A DNA stretch of 20,111 nucleotides. Origin: a virus. Taxonomy: Duplodnaviria; Heunggongvirae; Uroviricota; Caudoviricetes. The notes beneath the pieces were generated by a model that did no database searches, was not told where the DNA came from, and was given only the letters and a program-made list of their open reading frames with translations. The DNA is taken from IMG/VR virus record IMGVR_UViG_3300037384_000074, positions 1 through 20,111 of that record. One strand, written 5' to 3'. Each line of letters starts with the position of its first letter. Position 1 is the first letter of the stretch. The position numbers and the translations under genes were made by a program. This document shows positions 1-8,276 of the stretch, in pieces.

Positions 1-61
1 ATATAGATTCTGATCAGTCTACTGACGTTTATTTGCTTACGTAAATTTACCGACATTATGC

Positions 62-137
62 CTGAGGTAAAAATCTCTACCTCAGACCTAAAACTAAAAA
101 AAAAAATTGAACCGAACGCAGTTCGCTACGTAGTAGC
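62..137. repeat. Cluster of short perfect inverted repeats in noncoding DNA upstream of gp55
   Basis: CTGAGGTA(62-69)/TACCTCAG(78-85); A11 run at 96-106; CGAAC-GCA-GTTCG (113-125); GCTAC-GTA-GTAGC (125-137). Confidence 0.7.
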
Positions 138-237
138 TTTCGATTGATCTCTTATAATGAATACCTGTATTCCGAGTATTGGACTCGATAATTTCAGTTT
201 GGATAGTTGATTTTACAATTTTTATTGTAATCAGTGG

Positions 238-265
238 TTGACCTTACCAATTATATCAGTATACT
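238..265 (+). promoter_or_regulatory. Sigma70-like promoter for gp55
   Basis: TTGACC (238-243), 16-nt spacer, TATACT (260-265), 25 nt upstream of the gp55 ATG. Confidence 0.6.
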
Positions 266-290
266 ACCTAGAGATAGGGAATAACATTCT

Positions 291-806
291 ATGGCTGCTG
301 TAAGAAGTAAAGACTACATTAACAATAAAGAATTCTTCAATGCAATATTAGATTGGTATGCAAGTGGTAAGGAAAATCCTCCTGACTTCTTAGTAAAAGC
401 AATCATACAAATTTGTGAAAGATTAGGCTCGAAGAATAATTTTCGAGGATATTCATGGTTAGATGATATGATCTCTGCAGCTAAAGAGGTCTGTTACATT
501 GCATTGAAAAATAAAAAGTTCAATCCAGAGAGAACGCAAAATCCATTTGCATATTTCTCCATGATCGCTCACAATGAGTTTGTCAAAACAATCAACACTG
601 AGAAGAAAGAGAGTTACCTCAAGCATAAAGCTCTCTCATTCCATGAATTGGAACTCGTTTTGAACAGTATTCCGTTTGAACCATCTGAAATGGATGGCTC
701 AGGTAGGATCGAATCATTGATAGAGAAGTTCGAAAGCAAGAAGACCAAAAAGATTACTCCAACTCAAGAGGAAGATAATGGACAATCTACACTTAGTCCC
801 AGTTAA
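291..806 (+). CDS. gp55: T4-like late-transcription sigma factor
   Basis: N-terminal DYINNKEFFNAI and the NFRGYSWLDDMIS...KFNPERTQNPFAYFSMIAHNEF signature typical of gp55; lies upstream of gp47/gp46 as in T4-like phages. Confidence 0.93.
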   Translation: MAAVRSKDYINNKEFFNAILDWYASGKENPPDFLVKAIIQICERLGSKNNFRGYSWLDDMISAAKEVCYIALKNKKFNPERTQNPFAYFSMIAHNEFVKTINTEKKESYLKHKALSFHELELVLNSIPFEPSEMDGSGRIESLIEKFESKKTKKITPTQEEDNGQSTLSPS

Positions 807-954
807 TATCGTGGACATTGGAAATTCAATTCAGCCTGAAAATAAGCTTCTGAACACTTCGCAGAAGTTGTATGCTGAAAGCCGAATTCTGGCAATCATT
901 GAATATTGCCAGATCGCATTGGCACGTTCCAAAACCACAAAGAGAGTCAAGTGA
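778..954 (+). CDS. Small hypothetical protein (58 aa, MDNLHLVPVNIVDIG...RILAIIEYCQIALARSKTTKRVK), absent from the ORF track
   Basis: GAGGAAG RBS then ATG at 778; its TGA overlaps the gp47 GTG start (GTGA); it fills the gp55-gp47 gap. It resembles the small gene commonly seen at this position in T4-like phages (recalled, not searched). Confidence 0.75.
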   Translation: MDNLHLVPVNIVDIGNSIQPENKLLNTSQKLYAESRILAIIEYCQIALARSKTTKRVK

Positions 955-1973
955 CAAAGATTTGTCTGTTATGTGATACTCATTGGGGAGAACAGCAGGA
1001 TTCGGAAAAGCTCCATCAAAACATGGAGCTTTTCTATACCAAAGCATTGTTCCCCTATTTGAAGAAGAATCGAATTAATAAAGTAATCCATTTAGGAGAT
1101 GTCTTTCATAATCGTAAAAAGATCGATATGCGAACAGCAGAAATTGCTCGTTATGCATTCTTCGAGCCTCTACGAGATAACTCCATTCAAATGGATATAA
1201 TTGCAGGCAACCACGATCTATACTATCGTGAGCGGTCTGATACTTCATCGTTGAATGAAATCGTAGATTTTTACGACAATATTCAAATCTTCACACGAGC
1301 TGGTCACGGCCGATTTGGATACTATATTCCGTGGATTAACAAAAGTAATCGGGAAGAAACTCTGGAAGAAATCTCCAGACAAGATGGTATTGATGCGTTT
1401 GGGCATCTCAATCTAGTTGGATTCCAGATGTATAGAGGATCGAAGGCATTGCATGGAGACGAGCCCGGAATATTCAGCAATTTTCACCATGTGTATACCG
1501 GACATTACCATCACAAAAATACTATTGGGAATGTGACGTATCTTGGAAGTACTGGCCAGTATACGTGGGCAGATGCGGGTGATGAACGTGGATTCCACAT
1601 TTACGACACTGATGATGCGTCAATTGAATTCGTTAAAAATCCGTTTAACTTCTACGAAGTCCTCACATATAGTGATTCAGCTAAAGCAACTGATTACGAT
1701 GTAGAAGGTAAGCACGTTCGCGTTTACTATGATGAGATCAAGAAGGCCAGCCATTTTGAATCGTTCATGCGCGACCTCGAGAAGATGGGGCCTGTGAAGG
1801 TTTCTTCAGCTCCAACAAAGAGCTCGACAAAACTAGTCGGCCGAGATGCTGTGCAGAACACTGTCCCTATCGAGGTTGAAACGACCCCTCAATTGATTCG
1901 ATCGGTGATCGAAGATGACAAGGTCTTTTCCCGAGTAATTGATCTTTATGATAAGGCTAATCGACTTAAATGA
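951..1973 (+). CDS. gp47: Recombination endonuclease subunit (Mre11/SbcD-like)
   Basis: Metallophosphoesterase motifs DTHWG, HLGDVFH, AGNHD, GHL, TGHYH. Start placed at GTG 951 (coupled to the upstream ORF) rather than TTG 906. Confidence 0.93.
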   Translation: MTKICLLCDTHWGEQQDSEKLHQNMELFYTKALFPYLKKNRINKVIHLGDVFHNRKKIDMRTAEIARYAFFEPLRDNSIQMDIIAGNHDLYYRERSDTSSLNEIVDFYDNIQIFTRAGHGRFGYYIPWINKSNREETLEEISRQDGIDAFGHLNLVGFQMYRGSKALHGDEPGIFSNFHHVYTGHYHHKNTIGNVTYLGSTGQYTWADAGDERGFHIYDTDDASIEFVKNPFNFYEVLTYSDSAKATDYDVEGKHVRVYYDEIKKASHFESFMRDLEKMGPVKVSSAPTKSSTKLVGRDAVQNTVPIEVETTPQLIRSVIEDDKVFSRVIDLYDKANRLK

Positions 1974-3703
1974 AGCTAGAATTTGACGGAATCAGGTTTC
2001 GAAACCTGCTATCAACAGGCGAAGCCTGGAATGTTATTCCTCTCAACAATGAGAATCTAACTATCATCGTAGGAAAGAATGGCTGTGGTAAGAGCACAAT
2101 CATTGACGCCATTGTATTTGGGTTATTTGGCAAACCTTTCCGAAAGGTTAAAAAGGGTCAGCTAGTCAACTCGATTAACCGCAAAAATTGTATGGTCGAG
2201 ATCGCATTTCGGCGTGGGTCTGATCGATACCTGATCAAGCGCGGCATTAAGCCAAACGTGTTCGAGATTTACAAGAATAAGGAACTGATTCCAGAAGACT
2301 CTCTTGTAGGTACATATCAGTCAATGCTCGAAAATGAGATTATTGGCTGTTCTTACAAGACTTTTTGTCAGATCAATATTCTAGGTAAGTCTGGATATAC
2401 TCCGTATATGCAGCTTGAACCTAAAGATCGACGAATTGTAGTTGATGAATTGCTCGAATCTGGAATCTACACCACTATGCGAGAGCTAGGTGCTGCGGAA
2501 TTGAAGGTTTTGAAGCGAGATTTGGATGAAATCAATGGATCAATCCAGGTTCTAAAAGAGAAAATCATAGGTCAAGAGCGTCTGATCAACCGCCAATCTT
2601 TGGATAAAGAGGAGCAGTTGACTGCTAAGAAGCAGACGATTTCAAATGCAGAACAGCGTTTGAAAGTTATGGAAGATGAACTGACTGAAGCTGAGACTCA
2701 ATACTCGACTGTTAAAAAGGAGCTCGATGATCTAGGTGTTGATGTCAACAAAGTGACGGATATGTACTATGACATCAAGAGCTCAATTTCCTCAGCTGAA
2801 AAGAGCATTAGTGACGCACGTGTTAAGATGAAGCGTGTATTGGCTGACGACTTCTGTCCTTCATGTCTTCAGAAAATCGATGAAAATCATAAAACCCATA
2901 TTGAACAGGATGGGAATAATGAAATTCAACGTAATGAGGTGGAGTGTAAGAAGCTAGAGAAGCGTCTTCAAAAGATTAGCAAGGTTCGAGACCAAATCTC
3001 TAGTGTCGAAGAAAATATTTCAGCGGCCAAGAATCGAGTCAATTCTCTGAAGATCAAGATTCGGACTCAGCAAGATACGATCGGCAATTATGAGGTCGAG
3101 CTACAGGATATGCTTGACCGTAAGGATGTGCAGAACACGGGTGATCTTGAAGAGCTCGAAAATCTTAACGTAGAGCTCGGTAAAATTGTAGATCAATATG
3201 ATTCTAAGGCTGATGAAGTCGACGTCACTAAGCGAGCTCTTGAACACTTAGGTGACGATGGTATTAAGGCTGCATTGATCCAGAAATATGTTCCTAGAAT
3301 CAACGAGTTAATCAACCAGTATTTGGATAACATGAACCTATTTGTTCAGTTTGAATTGGATACTGAATTCAATGAGACGATTAGGTCACGTTATCGTGAC
3401 GATTACACCTATGAGAGTTTTTCGGAAGGTGAAAAACTTCGTATTGATCTAGCAATTATGCTAACTTGGAGGCAGATCGCTCTCCAGCGAAACTCCTCTC
3501 CTACAAATCTACTAATCATGGACGAAATTTTCGATGGTTCCATGGATTACAGTGGCATTTATGACGTAGTTCAAGTGCTAAAGAGTATGAACGATACTAA
3601 AAACGTTTATATTATTACACATAGGTCAGTCGTCAGTGACGAATTGGCAGACAATGTGATCACAGCCGAAAAAATCGGCAACTACACTGAGTATTTAACA
3701 TGA
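1970..3703 (+). CDS. gp46: Recombination ATPase subunit (Rad50/SbcC-like)
   Basis: Walker A GKNGCGKST, coiled coil with CPSC zinc hook, signature FSEGE, Walker B LLIMDE, H-loop ITHR. Confidence 0.95.
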   Translation: MKLEFDGIRFRNLLSTGEAWNVIPLNNENLTIIVGKNGCGKSTIIDAIVFGLFGKPFRKVKKGQLVNSINRKNCMVEIAFRRGSDRYLIKRGIKPNVFEIYKNKELIPEDSLVGTYQSMLENEIIGCSYKTFCQINILGKSGYTPYMQLEPKDRRIVVDELLESGIYTTMRELGAAELKVLKRDLDEINGSIQVLKEKIIGQERLINRQSLDKEEQLTAKKQTISNAEQRLKVMEDELTEAETQYSTVKKELDDLGVDVNKVTDMYYDIKSSISSAEKSISDARVKMKRVLADDFCPSCLQKIDENHKTHIEQDGNNEIQRNEVECKKLEKRLQKISKVRDQISSVEENISAAKNRVNSLKIKIRTQQDTIGNYEVELQDMLDRKDVQNTGDLEELENLNVELGKIVDQYDSKADEVDVTKRALEHLGDDGIKAALIQKYVPRINELINQYLDNMNLFVQFELDTEFNETIRSRYRDDYTYESFSEGEKLRIDLAIMLTWRQIALQRNSSPTNLLIMDEIFDGSMDYSGIYDVVQVLKSMNDTKNVYIITHRSVVSDELADNVITAEKIGNYTEYLT

Positions 3704-4230
3704 CAGAAGAAGAAGCTAAATTTGCTGACCTGCAGAACCAATTCCTCGCTAATATGGAATTGGTTCACTTTGATCAGTTCAATTATGAGTGTGAAAAGGC
3801 AATATTTGATGATACTCAGGGAGCGTTCTCAAATGCCCTGAGTATCACGCGACACAACCTTAAGATTGGATCACTTGCCGCAAATCAGGTAGGATACGAT
3901 CGACGAGTAATCAGTATTGCTGGTATTGACGGTTGTCTTTTCAACCCAGTCTTAGTATATTCATCTGAGGATACTTCCGTTCTGGATGAGGTCAATGTCT
4001 CATATCCAGGACTTAAGGTTAAGATCAAGAGATCGAACACGATTCGTATCCGATATCAGACATTTAATGGTGAGCGAGTTGCTCAGACATATAATGGGCT
4101 TACAGCTCGAGCGATCCTACATGCAATAGATCAGTTGGATGGGGTCTGCTTTATCAATAGAGCAAATAGAATTCACCGCGAACGTGCATTACGTCAATGG
4201 AAAAGGTTTAATAAGCACAATGCAGCCTAA
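3700..4230 (+). CDS. Peptide deformylase homologue, predicted catalytically inactive
   Basis: PDF fold motifs LAANQVG, FNP, SYPG, KIKR, TARAIL..ID.LDG are recognisable. EGCLS reads EVNVS and HEXDH reads HAIDQ. Confidence 0.8.
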   Translation: MTEEEAKFADLQNQFLANMELVHFDQFNYECEKAIFDDTQGAFSNALSITRHNLKIGSLAANQVGYDRRVISIAGIDGCLFNPVLVYSSEDTSVLDEVNVSYPGLKVKIKRSNTIRIRYQTFNGERVAQTYNGLTARAILHAIDQLDGVCFINRANRIHRERALRQWKRFNKHNAA

Positions 4231-4873
4231 GTATAGATCTACCAAGCGATACGGCCATAATCAGGGTCTATCATCCACATTCCGTCAGTGGCGCGCTGAA
4301 GGAACACACTGTAAACTGATTCATGGATATGCACTATCTGTTGAACTAGAATTTGGCACCAATGAACTAGATGAGCGGAATTGGGTTCAAAATTTTGGAG
4401 GTCTCAAGGAAGTCAAGAACTATCTTACTTGGCTTCTTGACCACACTACTGTGGTTGCAGAAGACGATCCTGAAATCGATACTTTCTATGAACTTGATGA
4501 AAAGGGATTGATTGCTCTACGTGTGATCCCTGATGTTGGATGTGAGAAGTTTGCCGAACACATCTTCTATGCAACACTTGCGCTGCTTGATATGAATATT
4601 GTCTCAGATCGAGTTAAGTTGATGTCCGTTCGAGTATGGGAACATGAAGCTAATTCAGCGAGCTTTATCAATCCAATTCTAGACCTACCGGAAGCATCTA
4701 GAAACTGGATCGGTAGTCTTCACAACGCGTTTAAGCAGAATCGTGCACTATTCACTGCTCGAGATTATGAGGTTCTCGATCCTAAGCAATGGGAATCTGA
4801 TATTGAAGTTGCAATCGACCCAGTATCTGCACTAATCGTTGACTACGGTAGGATTGCAGGAGATCTTGACTGA
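4220..4873 (+). CDS. queD: 6-carboxy-5,6,7,8-tetrahydropterin synthase
   Basis: CKLIHGY (CxxxHGH variant), WVQNFGGLK, LDHT, GCEKFAE, VWEHEANSA. Start at ATG 4220, overlapping the PDF end. Confidence 0.88.
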   Translation: MQPKYRSTKRYGHNQGLSSTFRQWRAEGTHCKLIHGYALSVELEFGTNELDERNWVQNFGGLKEVKNYLTWLLDHTTVVAEDDPEIDTFYELDEKGLIALRVIPDVGCEKFAEHIFYATLALLDMNIVSDRVKLMSVRVWEHEANSASFINPILDLPEASRNWIGSLHNAFKQNRALFTARDYEVLDPKQWESDIEVAIDPVSALIVDYGRIAGDLD

Positions 4874-6276
4874 TGTTTGGTCTGAATACTATTGTCGGGA
4901 AATCATACTTTAAAGATGCCGGCGAAAAACTTTACGTAACTTCAATCTTTTATTCAATCCAAGGGGAAGGGCCTCTACGAGGACGTTCGGCAGTATTTGT
5001 TCGACTCGCAAAGTGCAATCTTGGATGCTCGTGGTGTTTCCATGGAAACACTTGGATAACGATGTCAAACGGTTCACGTAAGCGGATTAAGGACATCAAG
5101 ATTGGTGATGAGGTGGTGTCATGGAATGAAGATGCTAATCGATTCGAATCTAAAAAGGTAAGTTATGTTCATCCTACACGTCATGTGGATGAAATCATCC
5201 GACTTCGTACGGGCAAAAGCAACAATCCTAACGAATTAGTATATGTGACAAAGGAACATCCATTCCTTGTAAAAAATAAGGGTTGGGTCAAGGCTGGCGA
5301 TTTGCAGGAAGGTGATGTTCTTCTTCACTTCTCACCATCGGATCGAATGACAATATCCGAATTCATCCATAATGGTGATACCGTTACTAGTGTTGAAGTA
5401 ATTCAGAAGCCAACATCATTTAGTGGCTCCGACGGTAAGGCATGGATCAGACTTGCAGGCGGATCTAAGGATATCGAAGTATACAACTTTGAAACTGAAG
5501 ATAACCACACATATGTTGCAAATGGTAAAATTGTTCATAACTGTGATGCTTTCTTCGAAGATGGGGATTGGCTAACAATTCCTGAAATTATCGAACGAGC
5601 GGGTAAGGAAATCGACAAATATTTCGAGAATCTAGGCAGGGAGACTCCGGATTGGGCTAGTAATAGTGAAAACAGTTGCCGGGAAATTGCGTTCATCCTT
5701 ACTGGCGGCGAACCTACATTGCAGAAGATCAAAGATCTTCTCAATTGGGCATCACTAGAATATAAGTGGACTCAGATTGAATCGAACGGCATTCTCGAGC
5801 CATTAGTCCCTGACAGTACAATTGTAGTAGTATCTCCAAAGTGCATGGAAAAGGTTGACGTTTCCGAAGGGTTTAAGCGTTATATTCCAACTGGATATCT
5901 CAATCCGAACCCGAAGACTCTTGAACGCGCAAGTGTTCTCAAGTTTGTGATGGAAGATCAGCCAGATTTTGACTCTCCTTATCAGACTGTACCTGAGTGG
6001 GCTCATCAGTGGCGTCGAGATACTGGTCGAGATGTTTACGTTTCACCGATGAATATCTATAATCGTGAGCCTAAGAAAGCCCAAGAGATTCGTTCGGGCA
6101 AGAATAAAGCAAGTCTAGAAGAGCGGTCTCTCTATGATGAAGTTGTGTCATTTTGGGAGCCTGGATTGTTTGATATGGAAGCCAACCAACGGAACCATGA
6201 ACATGCTGGCAACTATGCTATCCAGCATGGATTCATATTCCAAATGCAGTTACATCTCTTCTGCTCGAAAGCGTAA
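4873..6276 (+). CDS. queE: 7-carboxy-7-deazaguanine synthase (radical SAM) containing an intein
   Basis: YSIQGEG...FVRLAKCNLGCSW|intein|CD, LTGGEP, IESNG, VVSPK and C-terminal QMQLH. The spliced product would be 298 aa. Confidence 0.9.
   Translation: MFGLNTIVGKSYFKDAGEKLYVTSIFYSIQGEGPLRGRSAVFVRLAKCNLGCSWCFHGNTWITMSNGSRKRIKDIKIGDEVVSWNEDANRFESKKVSYVHPTRHVDEIIRLRTGKSNNPNELVYVTKEHPFLVKNKGWVKAGDLQEGDVLLHFSPSDRMTISEFIHNGDTVTSVEVIQKPTSFSGSDGKAWIRLAGGSKDIEVYNFETEDNHTYVANGKIVHNCDAFFEDGDWLTIPEIIERAGKEIDKYFENLGRETPDWASNSENSCREIAFILTGGEPTLQKIKDLLNWASLEYKWTQIESNGILEPLVPDSTIVVVSPKCMEKVDVSEGFKRYIPTGYLNPNPKTLERASVLKFVMEDQPDFDSPYQTVPEWAHQWRRDTGRDVYVSPMNIYNREPKKAQEIRSGKNKASLEERSLYDEVVSFWEPGLFDMEANQRNHEHAGNYAIQHGFIFQMQLHLFCSKA
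5035..5541 (+). mobile_element. Mini-intein (169 aa, no endonuclease domain) in QueE
   Basis: Begins CFHGNTWITM (block A), TKEHPF (block B TxxH), VYNFETEDNHTYVAN (block F), ends IVHN followed by the +1 Cys. Removal restores CxxxCxxC. Confidence 0.95.
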
Positions 6277-6362
6277 AATAATACATGATGTCACAATACC
6301 CTGAAATGAACATTAACTTGAGGGATTGGTACATCCCTCCTCCGCCACCTAAGAAAGAACAA

Positions 6363-7082
6363 ATGTCAAACAACACATCAAACAATACTCCAAGTATTTC
6401 CGAGACAATCACTGAACGTATGGTCAATAAGGGCCATCGCTTCTGGGCAAGTGATAACGTATCAGACTTCATATACGATGATGAAGAGAAGCAGGCTCTA
6501 ATCGATGAAGCAACCGCTAAGTTCGAAGCTGTGTTGGATAGTCTATTGATTGATAGGCACAATGACCCGAACAGTAGAGATACTGGTCGTCGCATGGCGA
6601 AGATGTATATCAACGAGCTGTTCGAAGGGCGATTTACTCCTCCTCCAAAGATCACAGCATTTCCAAACGATGACGTTGAAACTCGTTTTGCTGGAATGTT
6701 GATTGCAACGGCTGAACTGAAGTCGATGTGTTCGCATCATCATGCCCCAGTAACAGGCAAGGCTTGGATCGGTATTCTTCCTTCAACGAAGGTTATTGGT
6801 CTCAGCAAGTATGCTCGTTTAGCTCAGTGGTATGCTCGCCGAGGAACTCTTCAGGAAGAGTTGACAAAACAGATCGCTGACGGTATTCAGAAGCATACTG
6901 GATCACAAGATCTCGCTGTCGTTGTTGTCGCTGAACATGGTTGCTGCACAAATCGTGGAATTATGGCAAACGATAGCTCAACATGGACGAGTGTATTGCG
7001 TGGCCAGTTCTTCAATCCATCCGTGAAACAGGAATTTTTTAACCTGATTCAGGGCGGCCTTAACAAGTTCCAGTGTAATTGA
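6363..7082 (+). CDS. folE: GTP cyclohydrolase I
   Basis: DPNSRDTGRRMAKMY, CSHH zinc ligands, GLSKYARL, LQEELT, EHGCCTNRG. The start is uncertain: the ORF is open from 6285, but ATG 6363 is preferred because the upstream part is a hairpin/poly-Pro tract. Confidence 0.92.
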   Translation: MSNNTSNNTPSISETITERMVNKGHRFWASDNVSDFIYDDEEKQALIDEATAKFEAVLDSLLIDRHNDPNSRDTGRRMAKMYINELFEGRFTPPPKITAFPNDDVETRFAGMLIATAELKSMCSHHHAPVTGKAWIGILPSTKVIGLSKYARLAQWYARRGTLQEELTKQIADGIQKHTGSQDLAVVVVAEHGCCTNRGIMANDSSTWTSVLRGQFFNPSVKQEFFNLIQGGLNKFQCN

Positions 7083-7089
7083 GGGAATT

Positions 7090-7437
7090 ATGAGATTCAT
7101 TTACGTTAAGTTTCAGCGCGAGGGGATTCACTGTTATCCCCTCGCTGGCACCGATCCTAAGTTGGCTGATGTGAGCTTTCTAGCTCATCCACATCGCCAT
7201 ATGTTCTGGTTCGAAGTATGTATTGAAGTGTTTCATCAAGATCGCGATCTGGAATTTATCCAATTTAAGCGTTGGCTTGAAAGACTTTATAGTCAGGATA
7301 TTCTCGAGCTTGATAATCAGTCTTGCGAGATGATTGCTGATTCCTTGATGGAAAAGATCCAGGAACGATATCCAAATCGTTGTATTCAGATTGACGTGTC
7401 TGAAGATGGCGAGAACGGAGCTATCGTTACAAACTAA
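7090..7437 (+). CDS. dpdL: QueD-paralogue T-fold protein, DpdL-like (putative CDG decarboxylase)
   Basis: FLAHPHRHMF matches LxxxHRHxF; RDLEFIQFK and SCEMIA...VSEDGENGA are QueD-like; sits directly after folE with its own GAGGG RBS. The motif assignment is recalled from the phage deazaguanine literature. Confidence 0.7.
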   Translation: MRFIYVKFQREGIHCYPLAGTDPKLADVSFLAHPHRHMFWFEVCIEVFHQDRDLEFIQFKRWLERLYSQDILELDNQSCEMIADSLMEKIQERYPNRCIQIDVSEDGENGAIVTN

Positions 7438-7443
7438 TAAATA
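7436..7443 (+). promoter_or_regulatory. T4-type late promoter (AATAAATA)
   Basis: One mismatch to TATAAATA, immediately before ATGATG at 7445; no RBS in between, so the mRNA is probably leaderless. Confidence 0.55.
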
Positions 7444-7444
7444 G

Positions 7445-8038
7445 ATGATGACTCCATTCGCTCAATTTATTACAGAAGATACTTACACTTCGTGGGTATT
7501 CAAATTAGATATGTCGTTCGAGAATCGTTTCTACACGTATCTTGAACGTAATCTGTGGGGATTTCGCGGAATATCTAGAGCGTTTACTTCGACTGGACCG
7601 GTCGCTCGTAAGAACGAGGGGATTGAGTCCTTTAGAGATAAACACTCTACGGGCAATTACGATTCAATCCAATTATATCTAAGCAAAAATTTGACTTTCT
7701 CGTTTGGAGTTTTACCTAACGGATTGATAGTTTGTTATGATTTGGTCGGAGATGGTGCTTGGATATCTCCGACCAAAATGACATTGAGACAGCTTGTTGC
7801 TGATCTACAAGAATTCGGATTCGGCAAGCCAAAAATGACTCGTGAAAAGGCTGATCCTAACCCGTTCAAAATTGGAAATTTGGTTCGGTTTAGAGAAGGT
7901 AATAAATCACATATCATATATAAGGTCACTAAACTTGAAGGTGATATTGTATATGGATACGACGTTACGAAAAGTCCGGACGTGAAATATTTCCCTGATG
8001 TCCTAATGGCGCATCATTCTCGTCTGATCAAGAGTTGA
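7445..8038 (+). CDS. Hypothetical protein with a capsid-targeting-like N-terminus and a C-terminal SH3/KOW-like segment
   Basis: 197-aa ORF beginning M(M)TPFAQFITE; C-terminal FKIGNLVRF...YKVTKLEGDIVY beta-rich pattern. Confidence 0.7.
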   Translation: MMTPFAQFITEDTYTSWVFKLDMSFENRFYTYLERNLWGFRGISRAFTSTGPVARKNEGIESFRDKHSTGNYDSIQLYLSKNLTFSFGVLPNGLIVCYDLVGDGAWISPTKMTLRQLVADLQEFGFGKPKMTREKADPNPFKIGNLVRFREGNKSHIIYKVTKLEGDIVYGYDVTKSPDVKYFPDVLMAHHSRLIKS

Positions 8039-8068
8039 CATCTATCGACGTTCATAGGATGATAAATA
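8035..8068 (+). promoter_or_regulatory. Overlapping sigma70-like (TTGACA-17-GATGAT) and late (GATAAATA) promoters
   Basis: TTGACA 8035-8040, GATGAT 8058-8063, GATAAATA 8061-8068, upstream of the GGAG RBS of the 8088 ORF. Confidence 0.5.
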
Positions 8069-8087
8069 TCATCAACTGGAGATCTAG

Positions 8088-8276
8088 ATGATGAAGTCCT
8101 ATGATGAATATCTCGTGGAGTCGAAGAACCGTCAAACTGAAATGCATGATTGGATTGCAAATCAGGTTGACAACACTGAGAAAGCTCACGACGAAATTAA
8201 GAAAGAATTCCTGAAGAAGTACGGAGCGAAAAACGCAAAGTTCTTCGATAAGGTAGTCAGCGAAATCGTTGACTGA
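8088..8276 (+). CDS. Small hypothetical protein with a capsid-targeting-like N-terminus
   Basis: 62 aa; GGAG RBS at 8078-8081; begins M(M)KSYDEYLVE; predicted helical and charged. Confidence 0.75.
   Translation: MMKSYDEYLVESKNRQTEMHDWIANQVDNTEKAHDEIKKEFLKKYGAKNAKFFDKVVSEIVD

Noticed and set aside
62-106. Intrinsic terminator (hairpin plus A11)
   Set aside because: The A-run lies on the wrong side of the 62-85 stem for a minus-strand terminator, and there is no U-run for the plus strand.
33-158. MotA-box-like middle promoters (TTTGCTTA; TAGCTTT-N12-TATAAT)
   Set aside because: The matches are weak in AT-rich DNA, and there is no evidence that this distant phage encodes MotA.
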